A stretch of 64,000 bases of DNA from Thermoanaerobaculia bacterium (GCA_963719365.1 OY970380.1:1873295-1937294), one strand, 5' to 3'. Positions 26,832 to 37,573 are shown, counted from the stretch's first letter. The notes: a model not told the origin generated them from the sequence alone. A program made the numbers and translations.

Positions 26832-26845
26832 TGTAACCGGTTACA
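26832..26845. promoter_or_regulatory. Perfect 14-bp palindrome, LacI/cre-like operator
   Basis: TGTAACCGGTTACA, between divergent msrA and the GGDEF-EAL gene. Confidence 0.55.
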
Positions 26846-26881
26846 TGAATCGCCATCTAAGGGACGTTGCAAGGAGTTTCG

Positions 26882-28861
26882 ATGTCGATGAACGACTGTG
26901 CCACCGGAATCCTCGAAGTGGAAAAACCAATCCTCGGCCATGAGCCAATCCGCGAGTTGCTCGAAGGCCTCTCGCTCTGCGCACCAGGTCCGGAGTACTT
27001 CCGGACGCTCGTCAGCGAGCTGGCACGCGCGCTTGACGCAGACATCGCCTTCGCCGCGGAACTGTCCGGCGAAGAGCCGCTGCGCGCGCGCACCGTGGCG
27101 CGCTTCGCCGATAACGAGCATGTCGCGAACATTGAATATGTCCTCGACGGAACGCCGTGCAACGACGTCCTCGAACAGCATTTCTGCTGGATTCCGGAAG
27201 GCGCTGCGGAACGCTATCCGCTCGATTACGGCCTGGCTGTGCAGTCGATCGAGAGCTACGCCGCCATCGCGTTGATCGATGGGGAAGGCGCCGCATTCGG
27301 ATGGATCGGCGTGATGAGCCGCCGGCCGATGCGCGACGGCGCGAAGGTCCGGGCAACCCTTCTCTTCGTCGCGGGACGAACGTCCGCAGAATTGCAGCGC
27401 CAGCAAACGGCCATCGCGCTCGAGCGTGCGCACGCCGATCTCGCCATTCACGCCGAGCGCGGCGATGAGCTCGAGCGCATCAACGCCGATCTGCAGCGCG
27501 AGATCGCCGAGCAGCGGCGCAGCCAGCGGCAGATGACGCACGACGCGCTGCACGATGCCGTCACCGGCCTGCCCAACCGTTCGCTCTTCATGAACCGGCT
27601 CGATCACGCCATCGCTATGAATGCACGCGAGCACATTTACGACTTCGCGGTGCTCTTTCTCGATCTCGACCGCTTCAAGCTCGTCAACGATTCCCTCGGC
27701 CACATCGCCGGCGACGATCTCCTTCGCGCCGCCGCCGATCGCCTACGGAGCTGCGTGCGTCCTTCCGATCTCGTGGCCCGCATCGGCGGCGACGAGTTCA
27801 CCATCCTCATCGAAAACATCGCCGACGCCAGCGAGGCCACCTGCATCGCCGAGCGGATCTCCGCCGAGCTCTCGCGTCCCTTCACCGTTTCGGGCGAAGA
27901 GGTATTCACGTCCGCGAGCATCGGCATCGCAGTCAGCGCCACCGGCTACCGTTCCGCCAACGCCGTGTTGCGTGATGCCGATACGGCGATGTACCGCGCC
28001 AAGGAGCGAGGCAAGGGTCGATACGAGATCTTCGATCGCCGCATGCATGTGCAGGCCGTCGAGCGGATGCTTATGGAGATGGATCTTCGCCGCGCCGTCG
28101 AGCGCGAAGAGTTCCGCATCGTCTATCAACCGATAATCTCGATCCGCTCCGGCGAGGTGACCGGCTTCGAGGCATTGCTGCGATGGGATCATCCAGTCCG
28201 CGGCACGATCGCGCCGAACGATTTCATCTCCATCGCCGAAGAAAACGGATTGATCGTGCCAATCGGCGTGTGGGTTCTCAAACGCGTCTGCGCGCAGTTG
28301 CGCCGCTGGCAGACGATGGCAAGCGCGCCGCTGACGGCGAGTATCAACGTCTCGCTGCGGCAGACGTTCGATCCGACATTGATCGACGAGCTCGATCGCG
28401 TCCTCGCGGCCGCCCACGTCGAAGGCGCGTCGATCCGTCTCGAGATCACCGAGAGCGCGATGGTCGAACGGAGCGCCGCCGATTTCTTCGAGCGCGTTCG
28501 CCAGCTCGGCATCGAGCTCTGCATCGACGATTTCGGCACCGGCTACTCGTCGCTCGCCTACCTCGTCAATCTTCCGATCGACGCCCTGAAGATCGATCGA
28601 TCGTTCGTGAGCACGCTCGATTCGAGCAGCGAACACTGCGAGCTGGTCAAAACCATCATCGCCCTCGCCCACAACCTCGGCATCGAAGTGATCGCCGAGG
28701 GCGTGGAGACGCAGTCGCAGCTCCGGTTGCTGGCATCGCTCGGCTGCGAATACGCGCAGGGATTTCTCTTCGCCGAGCCGCTATCCGAGGAGGCGGCGGA
28801 CCGGTTGGTGACGTCGGGACATATGTTCAATGCGCTTCTCGAAGGATGCCTCGCCGAGTGA
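26882..28861 (+). CDS. GAF-GGDEF-EAL diguanylate cyclase/phosphodiesterase
   Basis: AAGGAG SD; motifs TGLPNR, GGDEF, FEALLRW, IDDFGTGYSSL and AEGVE. Confidence 0.93.
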   Translation: MSMNDCATGILEVEKPILGHEPIRELLEGLSLCAPGPEYFRTLVSELARALDADIAFAAELSGEEPLRARTVARFADNEHVANIEYVLDGTPCNDVLEQHFCWIPEGAAERYPLDYGLAVQSIESYAAIALIDGEGAAFGWIGVMSRRPMRDGAKVRATLLFVAGRTSAELQRQQTAIALERAHADLAIHAERGDELERINADLQREIAEQRRSQRQMTHDALHDAVTGLPNRSLFMNRLDHAIAMNAREHIYDFAVLFLDLDRFKLVNDSLGHIAGDDLLRAAADRLRSCVRPSDLVARIGGDEFTILIENIADASEATCIAERISAELSRPFTVSGEEVFTSASIGIAVSATGYRSANAVLRDADTAMYRAKERGKGRYEIFDRRMHVQAVERMLMEMDLRRAVEREEFRIVYQPIISIRSGEVTGFEALLRWDHPVRGTIAPNDFISIAEENGLIVPIGVWVLKRVCAQLRRWQTMASAPLTASINVSLRQTFDPTLIDELDRVLAAAHVEGASIRLEITESAMVERSAADFFERVRQLGIELCIDDFGTGYSSLAYLVNLPIDALKIDRSFVSTLDSSSEHCELVKTIIALAHNLGIEVIAEGVETQSQLRLLASLGCEYAQGFLFAEPLSEEAADRLVTSGHMFNALLEGCLAE

Positions 28862-28864
28862 CGG

Positions 28865-28957
28865 TCACGCGAAGGCGCTCACGCGAAGCCGCGAAGAGTA
28901 ATAGCCAGCGTTATCCCTGGCCTTCTTCACGTCTTCGCGTCTTCGCGTCTTCGCGTG
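28865..28957. repeat. Family F inverted octamer hairpin
   Basis: tcacgcgaaggcgctcacgcgaagccgcgaag...cttcacgtcttcgcgtcttcgcgtcttcgcgtga. Confidence 0.85.
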
Positions 28958-28980
28958 AGGAAACGCGCTACGCTTCCCCG

Positions 28981-29586
28981 ATGCAATCAGTGGCATCTGC
29001 GCGTCCCGACGAGCGCGGACTGGTCGAGCGGCTTCGCGCCGGCGACGAACGAGCATTCGAGGAGCTCGTGGACAACCACGCCGCGCCGCTTCTCGCCGTC
29101 ACCCGCCGCATCCTGCGAGACGAAGAGGAAGCGCGCGACGCGGTGCAGGAAGCATTCGTGGCCGCCTTTCGCAGCATCGGCGATTTTCAGATCGAGAGCC
29201 GCCTCTCCACGTGGATGCACCGCATCGCCGTGAACTGCGCGCTGATGAAACTTCGCGTGCGCGAGCGCCGGCGCGAGCAGGACGTCGATGAGCTACTGCC
29301 GCACTTCGCAGCCGATGGCCATCAACAACAATCGTCGGTCGGCTGGAAAGAAAGCGTCGAGGACGTCCTGCAGCGGGAGCAATCGCGAGCCCTCGTCCGC
29401 GAATGCATCGATCGCCTCCCGGAGTCGTATCGCGTCGTGCTGGTCCTGCGCGACATCGAACAGTTGTCACCCGAGGTCGTCGCGGAGAAGCTGCAGATCA
29501 CGCGCGACAACCTCAAAGTCAAACTCCACCGCGCCCGCCAGGCCCTGCGCACCCTGCTCGATCCTCACATGCGAGGTGCGATGTGA
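28981..29586 (+). CDS. ECF RNA polymerase sigma-70 factor
   Basis: Region 2 (DAVQEAF, STWMHRIAVN) and region 4 (LPESYR, KVKLHRAR). Confidence 0.93.
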   Translation: MQSVASARPDERGLVERLRAGDERAFEELVDNHAAPLLAVTRRILRDEEEARDAVQEAFVAAFRSIGDFQIESRLSTWMHRIAVNCALMKLRVRERRREQDVDELLPHFAADGHQQQSSVGWKESVEDVLQREQSRALVRECIDRLPESYRVVLVLRDIEQLSPEVVAEKLQITRDNLKVKLHRARQALRTLLDPHMRGAM

Positions 29587-29825
29587 GCCACGTGACCTGC
29601 ATCGAATTCATCTCATTCCTCGACGCCTACATCGCCGAAGAGCTGGACTCCGAAACCCGCGCCACCTTCGACCTCCACCTCCTCGTCTGTCCATCGTGCC
29701 GCGCCTATCTCGCCAGCTACCAGGAGACGATTGACCTCGTGCGCGGCGTCGCCGAAAAGGAAGAGGAGTTAGCCCACGACGCCCCGCCGGAGTTGATCGA
29801 GGCGGTGAAGCACGTGAAGAAGTAG
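29583..29825 (+). CDS. zf-HC2 (ZAS) soluble anti-sigma factor
   Basis: HLLVCPSC (HxxxCxxC); GTGA overlap with the sigma gene. Confidence 0.88.
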   Translation: MSHVTCIEFISFLDAYIAEELDSETRATFDLHLLVCPSCRAYLASYQETIDLVRGVAEKEEELAHDAPPELIEAVKHVKK

Positions 29826-30008
29826 GTGTGATTTGCGACCGGCCGGTTTGGCTGATGATCGAGTTGCGGGCGGCTATTTGAGCCGTCAACGCAGTCGCAT
29901 CACTCCTTTTCGTCCAAAGCATGCAATCCGTGACCTTCGTCACGAGCCGCTTTCGGATACCGGCTACGATGAGTCACCTTTCGTCCAGCCGCAAATAGGA
30001 GAACTTTC

Positions 30009-33000
30009 ATGCATTTTTCCCGGTCGCAGACGGCGCTCGCCGCTGCCGCTCTATTCATCGCAATTCTTTTTGTACAGAACGTCCAGGCGGCTACGTTCAC
30101 CGTCATCAACACGCTCGATTCCGGAGCGGGCTCGCTGCGTCAGGCAATTACCGATGCGAATGGGACCGCGGGCGCCGACACGATCGCCTTTGCGATCCCC
30201 GGGAGCGGCCTGCACACGATCGCCCCAACGACCAACCTCCCAGCGATCACCGAGGCCGTCATCATCGATGGATACTCGCAAGCCGGATCGAGCGCCAACA
30301 CCCTGGCCCTCGGCGACAACGCCATTCTTCAGATCGAGGTGACCGGCACCGCCATCTCCAACGGCATCGGCTTCAACCTCGGTGCTGCCGTGACCAGCGG
30401 CGAGATCCGCGGGTTGCTGATCACCAAATGGAACAACGCCATTCAGATGTCCGGCACCACCAACTTCACCATCGACGGCAACTTCTTCGGCACGAACGCC
30501 ACCGGTACGGCAACGTCATCCGCGACCGCCAACGGCAGCGCGTTTTTCATTCTCAACTCCGCCGCGAACAACACGGTGGGAGGCGCCACCGCCGCTGCGC
30601 GCAACATCATCTCCGGCAGCACGACCGCCGGCATCACGATGGGCAACAGTGGCACTACCGGCAATGTCATTCAGAACAACTACATCGGCACGAACGCCGC
30701 CGGCACGGGCGCTCTCCCCAACCTTCAGGGCATCTCGCTCAACAGCCCGGACGCCAACACGATCCGAGGCAACGTCATCTCCGGCAACAACACCAGCGCC
30801 ACGTTCTCTGCGGGCATTTCCATCATCAACCTCGGCAACCACATTCTCGTCGTTGGCAACAAGATCGGCACGACCGCCAACGGCACGGCGCCACTCCCGA
30901 ACACCTACGGCATCACGCTCTCCGACGGCTTCTCGGGTGGCGCGCTCTCGAACACCATCGGCACGCAGGCGGAGCCGAACACGATCGCGTTCAACACGAA
31001 AGCCGGCGTGGCGTTGCAGGCGTTCACATCGAAGACGTCCCGCCTGAACACGATCCGCTACAACTCGATTTACAGCAACGGCACGCTCGGCATCGACCTC
31101 GGCGACGACGGCATCACGCCGAACGATTCCGGCGACGGCGACACCGGCCTGTTCAACGATCTCCAGAATTTTCCCGTGCTGACCTCCGCCCAGTTCGGCG
31201 CCGGAACACTGACCATCGCCGGAACGCTAAACAGCATGTCTTCCAGCGCTTACAACGTGCAGTTTTTCCAAAGTACGGCGTGCGACCCATCCGGCGCGGG
31301 AGAAGGACAGACCTTTCTCGGCGAGGCCACCGTCAACACCGACGCATCCGGCATCGGCACCTTCAACGTGAACTTCGCCGGCACCGCGGCTGGAGTCGTC
31401 ACGGCCCTCGCCACTGACTCGCTCGGTAACACTTCGGAATTCTCCGCCTGCCAGACGATCACCACGCCGGTCCTGCCGCAGATCAGCATCAGCGACGCGC
31501 AGTTGGTGGAAGGGAACGCCGGCACGTCGCTGATGACCTTCAACGTGACTCTCTCAGCCGCGTCGGCAGCGACCGTCACCGTCAACTATGCGACCGCCGA
31601 TCAGACCGCCACCGCAGGCTCCGATTACGTTGCCGGAAGCGGCACGGTGACCTTCAGCCCCGGCCAGACAACGAAGCCCGTCACCGTCACGATCAACGGC
31701 GACGTGACCGCTGAAGCCGACGAGACATTGCTTGTGAACCTGAACACGCCGGGCAATGCCACGATCCTCGACGGCCAGGGCATCGGCACGATCAGAAACG
31801 ATGACAACCTTTCGGCACTCTCGATCAGCGACGTCACGCTGAGCGAAGGAAACTCCGGCACGACCAGTTTCAACTTCACGGTCACGCTCGCTCCTGCCGC
31901 AGCGTTTCCCGTCACGATCAACTACGCGACCGCCAACGGAACAGCCATCGCCGGAACCGACTACCAGCCTGCCAGCGGCGCGCTGACGTTCACCGCGGGA
32001 CAAACGACGAAGACGATCAGCGTTCTCGTGAACGGCGACGTGACTACGGAGCCGAACGAAACATTCGTCGTCAATCTCTTCAATCCGGGCAACGCTTCGA
32101 TCAGCGACGCGCAGGGATTGGGAACGATCACGAACGACGACGCCAATCCGTCGATCACGATCAACGATCCTTCCGTCGTCGAAGGCAATAGCGGTTCGAA
32201 ATCGATGAATTTCGTGATCACGCTTTCGAATCCGACCTCGACGCAGCTTTCCGTTCCCTTCAGTCTCGCCAACGGAACGGCTAACGTCGGAAGCGACTAC
32301 CAGACCAATAGCGGCTCCTTCAGTGTCTTCGCCGGTAATGTCACGGCAACGGTTTCGATCGGGATCAACGGCGACACGACCGTCGAGCCGGACGAGACCT
32401 TCTTCATGAACCTCGGCTCGCTGGCCGGAGCCACGATTGCCAAGTCCCAGGGAACGGGCACGATCATCAATGACGACGGTCTGGCATCGCCCGGCATCTC
32501 GATCAGCGACGTGACGACCGGCGAAGGAAATGCCGGCACGACGAACTTCAACTTCACTGTTTCGCTCACTGCCAGCTCCGCCTCGACGATCACCGTCAAC
32601 TACGCCACGGCCGATGGAACTGCCACCGCGCCATCGGACTACGCCACGAAGTCGGGCGTCGTCACGTTCACACCGGGCCAAACATCGCAGAGCGTGGCGA
32701 TCGTCGTAAATGGTGACACCGTCTTCGAGCCGACGGAGAACTTCTTCGTCAATCTCACTGCTCCCGCCAACGCGGTCATCATCGACAACCAGGGTCTGGG
32801 AACAATCAACAACGACGACGTGGTCGGCTCAGCCGATCTGTCAATTGTCAAGACGGGAGCCGCAACCGCTTCCGGAAGCGCGAACGTCGCCTACTCGATC
32901 GTCGTCGCGAACAGCGGTCCCACCGGCGCGTCGGGAGTGACGGTCACAGACGTCCTGCCTGCCGGAACCACGTTCCTATCGGCGCAAACCACACAGGGCG

Positions 33001-33290
33001 TTTGCAGCGGTACGACGACCGTGATCTGTTCGCTGGGCGCAATCAATAACGGCAGCAACGCCACAGTCACACTGACGATTCAAATGCCCGCAGCATCGGG
33101 CACCGTCTCGAACACCGCCACCGTGACCGCAGCCGAAAACGACCCGACACCGGGAAACAACAGTTCCACCGCAGCGACGACAGTGAGCGGCGTGAGCCCG
33201 CCCCCGAGCCCTGTGCCAGCGCAATCGACATTGCTGCTGCTGATGCTCGGCGTTCTCCTGGGAACACTCGCGGTGATCCGCCTGCGATAA
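30009..33290 (+). CDS. Large secreted surface protein: beta-helix repeats, 4 Calx-beta domains, DUF11, IPTL-CTERM-like tail
   Basis: Signal peptide; GSLRQAI; four ISISD..EGN..DD repeats; ADLSIVKT; C-terminal VPAQS-hydrophobic-RLR. Confidence 0.88.
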   Translation: MHFSRSQTALAAAALFIAILFVQNVQAATFTVINTLDSGAGSLRQAITDANGTAGADTIAFAIPGSGLHTIAPTTNLPAITEAVIIDGYSQAGSSANTLALGDNAILQIEVTGTAISNGIGFNLGAAVTSGEIRGLLITKWNNAIQMSGTTNFTIDGNFFGTNATGTATSSATANGSAFFILNSAANNTVGGATAAARNIISGSTTAGITMGNSGTTGNVIQNNYIGTNAAGTGALPNLQGISLNSPDANTIRGNVISGNNTSATFSAGISIINLGNHILVVGNKIGTTANGTAPLPNTYGITLSDGFSGGALSNTIGTQAEPNTIAFNTKAGVALQAFTSKTSRLNTIRYNSIYSNGTLGIDLGDDGITPNDSGDGDTGLFNDLQNFPVLTSAQFGAGTLTIAGTLNSMSSSAYNVQFFQSTACDPSGAGEGQTFLGEATVNTDASGIGTFNVNFAGTAAGVVTALATDSLGNTSEFSACQTITTPVLPQISISDAQLVEGNAGTSLMTFNVTLSAASAATVTVNYATADQTATAGSDYVAGSGTVTFSPGQTTKPVTVTINGDVTAEADETLLVNLNTPGNATILDGQGIGTIRNDDNLSALSISDVTLSEGNSGTTSFNFTVTLAPAAAFPVTINYATANGTAIAGTDYQPASGALTFTAGQTTKTISVLVNGDVTTEPNETFVVNLFNPGNASISDAQGLGTITNDDANPSITINDPSVVEGNSGSKSMNFVITLSNPTSTQLSVPFSLANGTANVGSDYQTNSGSFSVFAGNVTATVSIGINGDTTVEPDETFFMNLGSLAGATIAKSQGTGTIINDDGLASPGISISDVTTGEGNAGTTNFNFTVSLTASSASTITVNYATADGTATAPSDYATKSGVVTFTPGQTSQSVAIVVNGDTVFEPTENFFVNLTAPANAVIIDNQGLGTINNDDVVGSADLSIVKTGAATASGSANVAYSIVVANSGPTGASGVTVTDVLPAGTTFLSAQTTQGVCSGTTTVICSLGAINNGSNATVTLTIQMPAASGTVSNTATVTAAENDPTPGNNSSTAATTVSGVSPPPSPVPAQSTLLLLMLGVLLGTLAVIRLR

Positions 33291-33311
33291 CTTTCGCAGT
33301 AGCCCTCACTG

Positions 33312-33340
33312 AAAAAGGCGGCCGTCTGGCCGCCTGTTTT
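33312..33340. terminator. Bidirectional intrinsic terminator
   Basis: aaaa-aggcggcc-gtct-ggccgcct-gtttt between convergent genes. Confidence 0.8.
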
Positions 33341-33480
33341 CTTATTGTGCCGCGCTCGCCTCAGCTTCGAGTATCAGCAGTTGCACCAATCGTCTCGCAT
33401 ACCGGCGGTCGACGCTCTGCTCCCCATCACCACTTGGATGGGGCCGCGCAAACCTTCCGAATGAGTCATCGATCCACGCG

Positions 33481-34629
33481 CTATCTAATAAATGCCTGCA
33501 ACACTGGCAACAGGAACGAAACGACAGAGGCTATATTCGCGACCTTCAGGGTTCCAGCAGTTACGGGCTGTATTCCTCTGATAATCGCAAGCTGCGTTTT
33601 CTTGTCAACGACTGTGTCGTCGCTCGCGAGAAACTGAACAGCGAAGGTTCGGCAGCGGTTCCACAGCAGCCACTCGTTGCGCAGTGGCATGGAAAACATG
33701 ATCCACGTAATGCCCCATAACACATGAGCCAGGATTGCGGAGAGCAAATATCTCTGATCGTGATACTTCCCGACCAGGTTCCAATAAAAGGTAGTTAGCC
33801 CGATAAAGCCAAGAGCCAGTACGACCGAGCACTCCGACCAACGTACAAATACCTCGGCAAAGGAAGCTGCGGCAGCAGGATCAGTCAGCACAGCAAGATG
33901 CGCGGGTCCTGATTGCCCTGTCGGATCGTCATGCTGATTGCGAACTAAGTAGATCGACCACTGTCGCCAGATGACAGCGAGTAGCAGACAGAAACCCAAC
34001 ACGATGATCTCCTGCATGACGAAGGAGGCAACGTGAATATCAATATTCGGATACCCGTAAACGACACGACCCTCGCTTGTCAGCGCAAAGTTGCGCAGCC
34101 ACAGCGGCCATTCGTAAAAGATGTGCGTCACGACGCCCAACTCAAGCGTCTTGCGGCTTAGTAACACCTGGGCGAATGAGAGCTCCGGATCCGGTGTCAT
34201 GATGATCGCGATCCAGAGCAGACAAGTATAAATAGCCGGCCACATGAGCATCTGTGGATTGAGATAAAAAGGAATCATCGCGACTGGCGGTTCAGCCCGA
34301 GCAGCGTCCTTGCTCAACACATCCCAGAATTGGTACGAGGCCGCGGCGCCGGGCTTTTGGGAAAGCACGTCTGAAACCAGCTGGTCTCTGGCAGCTTGGC
34401 GCTGGCTTTGCGTCCGCTCGAAGGTCTCTAGACGCTGGCGCGCGTCGCGTGGCAAACGCGCGATCATGTCCCCCTTGTAGAAAACTCCCCCCCGATTCGC
34501 AATTAGGCCGGGGAAAATTAACGTCAGGAGCGTCGAAATAACCGCGATACTGATGGCGCGGCCTAGAAAGCCGAGTGGACTCATGTCACGGCGCCAGTGG
34601 AACAGGCGGTGCACGGTGTGCTGGTTCAT
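33481..34629 (-). CDS. Hypothetical polytopic membrane protein with atypical codon usage
   Basis: GGGAGAG SD before ATG 34629; about 6-7 hydrophobic segments; visibly more A/T-ending codons than the flanking genes. Confidence 0.7.
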   Translation of the reverse strand: MNQHTVHRLFHWRRDMSPLGFLGRAISIAVISTLLTLIFPGLIANRGGVFYKGDMIARLPRDARQRLETFERTQSQRQAARDQLVSDVLSQKPGAAASYQFWDVLSKDAARAEPPVAMIPFYLNPQMLMWPAIYTCLLWIAIIMTPDPELSFAQVLLSRKTLELGVVTHIFYEWPLWLRNFALTSEGRVVYGYPNIDIHVASFVMQEIIVLGFCLLLAVIWRQWSIYLVRNQHDDPTGQSGPAHLAVLTDPAAAASFAEVFVRWSECSVVLALGFIGLTTFYWNLVGKYHDQRYLLSAILAHVLWGITWIMFSMPLRNEWLLWNRCRTFAVQFLASDDTVVDKKTQLAIIRGIQPVTAGTLKVANIASVVSFLLPVLQAFIR

Positions 34630-34768
34630 GTCACTCTCCCTGATGTGAAAGGCGAGACTACGTTGATAGGAGGGACAGAAAACAGGATTTCCCTGCACTG
34701 ACACCGAGTCGTGCCGGTTGAGCGAACAGTATCGCGGCCCTTCCTGGCCGATAAAGTAAAGGTTGGCG

Positions 34769-35929
34769 CTACACCGCGGCCGGTTTGAACGCGCGAATCC
34801 GATTGCACGCTTCTTCCAACGACGCAAAGTCCTTCGCGAAGCAGAAGCGGAGCATGCGTTTGCCCGTGTCTGAGGAGAAGAAGGCGGAGCCGGGGACGGA
34901 GGCTACGCGCGAGGTTTCGAGGAGTGATTGGGCGGCCTCTTTGTCGTCGCGGAAATCGTCGGGGATCGTTGCCAGCATGTAGTACGAACCCTGTGGCACC
35001 GAGGGCGTGAAGCCGGCCTCGGAGAGCGCGCCGGCGAGGAGGTCGCGTTTCTTCTCGTAGTCGGCGGCCATCTGGATGTAGTAATCGTCGCCGATCTCCA
35101 GTGCCCGGGCCACGCCCCATTGGAGCGGCGTCGGCGCGCAGATCGCGAAAAGATCGTTCATCAGACCGATGGGGCCGGCCACGCGCTCATCGGCGATGAC
35201 ATAGCCGACGCGCCACCCTGTGATCGAAAACGTTTTCGAGAATCCGCTGATCGTAATGACCAGATCGCGGCACGATGGGATGGAGGCGGCGGACACGTGT
35301 TTCCGGCCGCCGTAGACGATGTACTCGTAGATTTCGTCGGTGAAGATCCACGTGCCGAATTCGCGACACAGTTCGCCGATTTTCTCCAGCTCCTCGCGCG
35401 TGAACATTTTTCCTGACGGATTCGACGGCGTACAGACCACGATTGCCTTCGTTTTTTTCGAAAAGGCGGCGCGCAGAACGTCGAAGTCGATCGTCCAGTC
35501 CGGCGCCTGGAGCGGAACGAATTTCGGTTCGAAGCCGAGGACCTTGAATGTGTTCAGGTGGTACCCGTAATACGGTTCGAAGAGGATCACTTCATCGCCA
35601 ACATTCAAGGTTGCCATCGCCGCGGCGAGGAAGCCGCCGCTCGATCCGACCGTGACTACGATCTCTTTCACCGGGTCGGCGCTGAATCCGTTGTGACACT
35701 CGACCTTGCGCGCGATGCGCTCGCGAAGCACGTCGATGCCTTCGAACTTCGAGTAGGTCGCTTTGTTCGAGCGGATGGCATCGCAGGCGCCGTCGACGAG
35801 CTCGGGAAGCGTCGGCAGATCGCAGATGCCTTGCCCGAGGTTGATGCCGCCGACGCGCTCGCATTCGCGTGACATACGGCGGATATCAGACTGCACGAGG
35901 CCGCGGAGACGATCGCTGATCTGGTTCAT
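34769..35929 (-). CDS. PLP-dependent aminotransferase class I/II
   Basis: Motifs NLGQG, TPSNPSG, DEIY and SKTFSITGWRVGY. Confidence 0.93.
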   Translation of the reverse strand: MNQISDRLRGLVQSDIRRMSRECERVGGINLGQGICDLPTLPELVDGACDAIRSNKATYSKFEGIDVLRERIARKVECHNGFSADPVKEIVVTVGSSGGFLAAAMATLNVGDEVILFEPYYGYHLNTFKVLGFEPKFVPLQAPDWTIDFDVLRAAFSKKTKAIVVCTPSNPSGKMFTREELEKIGELCREFGTWIFTDEIYEYIVYGGRKHVSAASIPSCRDLVITISGFSKTFSITGWRVGYVIADERVAGPIGLMNDLFAICAPTPLQWGVARALEIGDDYYIQMAADYEKKRDLLAGALSEAGFTPSVPQGSYYMLATIPDDFRDDKEAAQSLLETSRVASVPGSAFFSSDTGKRMLRFCFAKDFASLEEACNRIRAFKPAAV

Positions 35930-35978
35930 GTGGGTAGTTTATCGAAAGGAGAGCGGACTCGCGAAGCGGACGTGGGTA

Positions 35979-36089
35979 GAAGCGGAATGTTGAATGTTGC
36001 GTGTTGAATGTGAATGTTGAATGACAGGCAGATCGCTGCGTTCCATTCAACATTCACATTCAACACGCAACACTCAACATTTCGCTTTT
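35979..36089. repeat. Family C (TGTTGAA/TTCAACA) inverted heptamer hairpin
   Basis: gaagcggaatgttgaatgttgcgtgttgaatgtgaatgttgaatg...cattcaacattcacattcaacacgcaacactcaacatttcgcttt. Confidence 0.9.
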
Positions 36090-36922
36090 CAAACAAACAC
36101 TCCCGCCCACCACTCCCCTTTCGAGCGCTCATCAACGATCGATAGGCCGTGTTCCGCGCACGCGGCAACGACCTCATCGCGTTTGATGACGAGGATGCCG
36201 CTGAGAATCAATGCTCCACCGACGTGCCGCTTCACGTCGCCGAGGAGCGGGATGATGACCTCGGGGATGATGTTCATCGTCACGATGTCGAAGGCGCCGT
36301 CGCGCAAGGCGTCCGTTCCGCCGATGAAGAGCGGCATCAGCGACTCATCGACGCCGTTGCGTGACCGGTTCTCGCGCAGCGCCGCAAACGCATCGACGTC
36401 GTTGTCGAAAGCGATGACGTCTTGTGCGCCGAGGCGGCACATGGCCAGGGCGAGGATGCCGCTGCCGGCGCCGATGTCGAGTCCGCGTTTGCCGGCGATG
36501 TCCATCGTTTCCAGGATCTCGATGCAGAGCGACGTCGTTTCGTGCGAGCCGGTGCCGAAGGCTTGCTCCTGCGGCACGACGAGCGCGTGGCGGTTGGTGT
36601 CGCTCGGAATCAGCGACGCGTCCGGCGCGACGATGAAATGCTCGCCGATGAACAGCGGCTCGAGCGATTGCTGATAGTGCTCGAGCCAGTCGATCCGTTC
36701 GCGCTCGGTGGCGTGGAGCTCGATACCTTCGAGGTCGCGCAACTCCGCGGCGGCGTCATCACGATCTTGCGCAGAATCGAAATACGCGGAAACGATCGAT
36801 TGACCGTTCGCCTCGGACGACGAGCTGCCGGTCGATTGCGTGAGGAACAGTCGCGATTGCACGAGATCTTCGAGCGCGAGGTCGCGCGCGTCGAACGAAA
36901 AATCGAGGATGAAGTCCTTCAC
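36089..36922 (-). CDS. prmA: 50S ribosomal protein L11 methyltransferase
   Basis: Motifs [21 protein letters not shown] and LSGIL. Confidence 0.9.
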   Translation of the reverse strand: MKDFILDFSFDARDLALEDLVQSRLFLTQSTGSSSSEANGQSIVSAYFDSAQDRDDAAAELRDLEGIELHATERERIDWLEHYQQSLEPLFIGEHFIVAPDASLIPSDTNRHALVVPQEQAFGTGSHETTSLCIEILETMDIAGKRGLDIGAGSGILALAMCRLGAQDVIAFDNDVDAFAALRENRSRNGVDESLMPLFIGGTDALRDGAFDIVTMNIIPEVIIPLLGDVKRHVGGALILSGILVIKRDEVVAACAEHGLSIVDERSKGEWWAGVFV

Positions 36923-37536
36923 GCTTCGGGTGCGCCGTAAAGCTCGGCGTAGTCTTCCATCGCCGCCTGCACGACGGCGTGCGCGTGTGCGAAACCGTAC
37001 GAGCCGGAGACGCGGATGTGCACCGGGCCGCCCGGCACGAGTTTGTACGTGGCGAAGTAATGCTCAAGCCTTTCGATGAGCACGGAGGGAACGTCGCTGA
37101 GGTCGTGGGCCTCGCCCCAGACGTAATCGCCCTGCAACACGGCGATGATCTTGTCGTCGGCCTCATCGCGATCGACGAGCTGCAACCCGCCGATCACGCG
37201 CGCGGAAAGGATAATCTCCGACTTGGCAATCGGCCGCTCGCTGAGGACGCAGATGTCGAGCGGATCGCCGTCGCCACGCTTCGTCACGGGCGTGAGCGCG
37301 GCGACACGCGGACCGCAGTAGGTCCGCGGGATGAATCCATAAAGTGCCGGCGGTTGCGACGACGTTCGCTGCGGACGATCGACCCGAAGGTAGCCGCTGG
37401 CCTTGTCGACTTCATACTTGATGAGATCGAACGGCGTGATCTCGATGTAGGCGTTGACGATACTGGGGACATCGGGCCCTGCAGGCAGCCCGTGCCAGGG
37501 ATGGGGACGCCAGCGGGAGAAGGTTTGATCGGACAC
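36919..37536 (-). CDS. ppa: Inorganic pyrophosphatase (family I)
   Basis: Motifs HPWH, KYEVDK, YGFIPRT, DGDPLD and DDKII. Confidence 0.95.
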   Translation of the reverse strand: MSDQTFSRWRPHPWHGLPAGPDVPSIVNAYIEITPFDLIKYEVDKASGYLRVDRPQRTSSQPPALYGFIPRTYCGPRVAALTPVTKRGDGDPLDICVLSERPIAKSEIILSARVIGGLQLVDRDEADDKIIAVLQGDYVWGEAHDLSDVPSVLIERLEHYFATYKLVPGGPVHIRVSGSYGFAHAHAVVQAAMEDYAELYGAPEA

Positions 37537-37573
37537 GGCGAGGGATTCTAGCGCGAAGCTTACCGGCGTTCCG

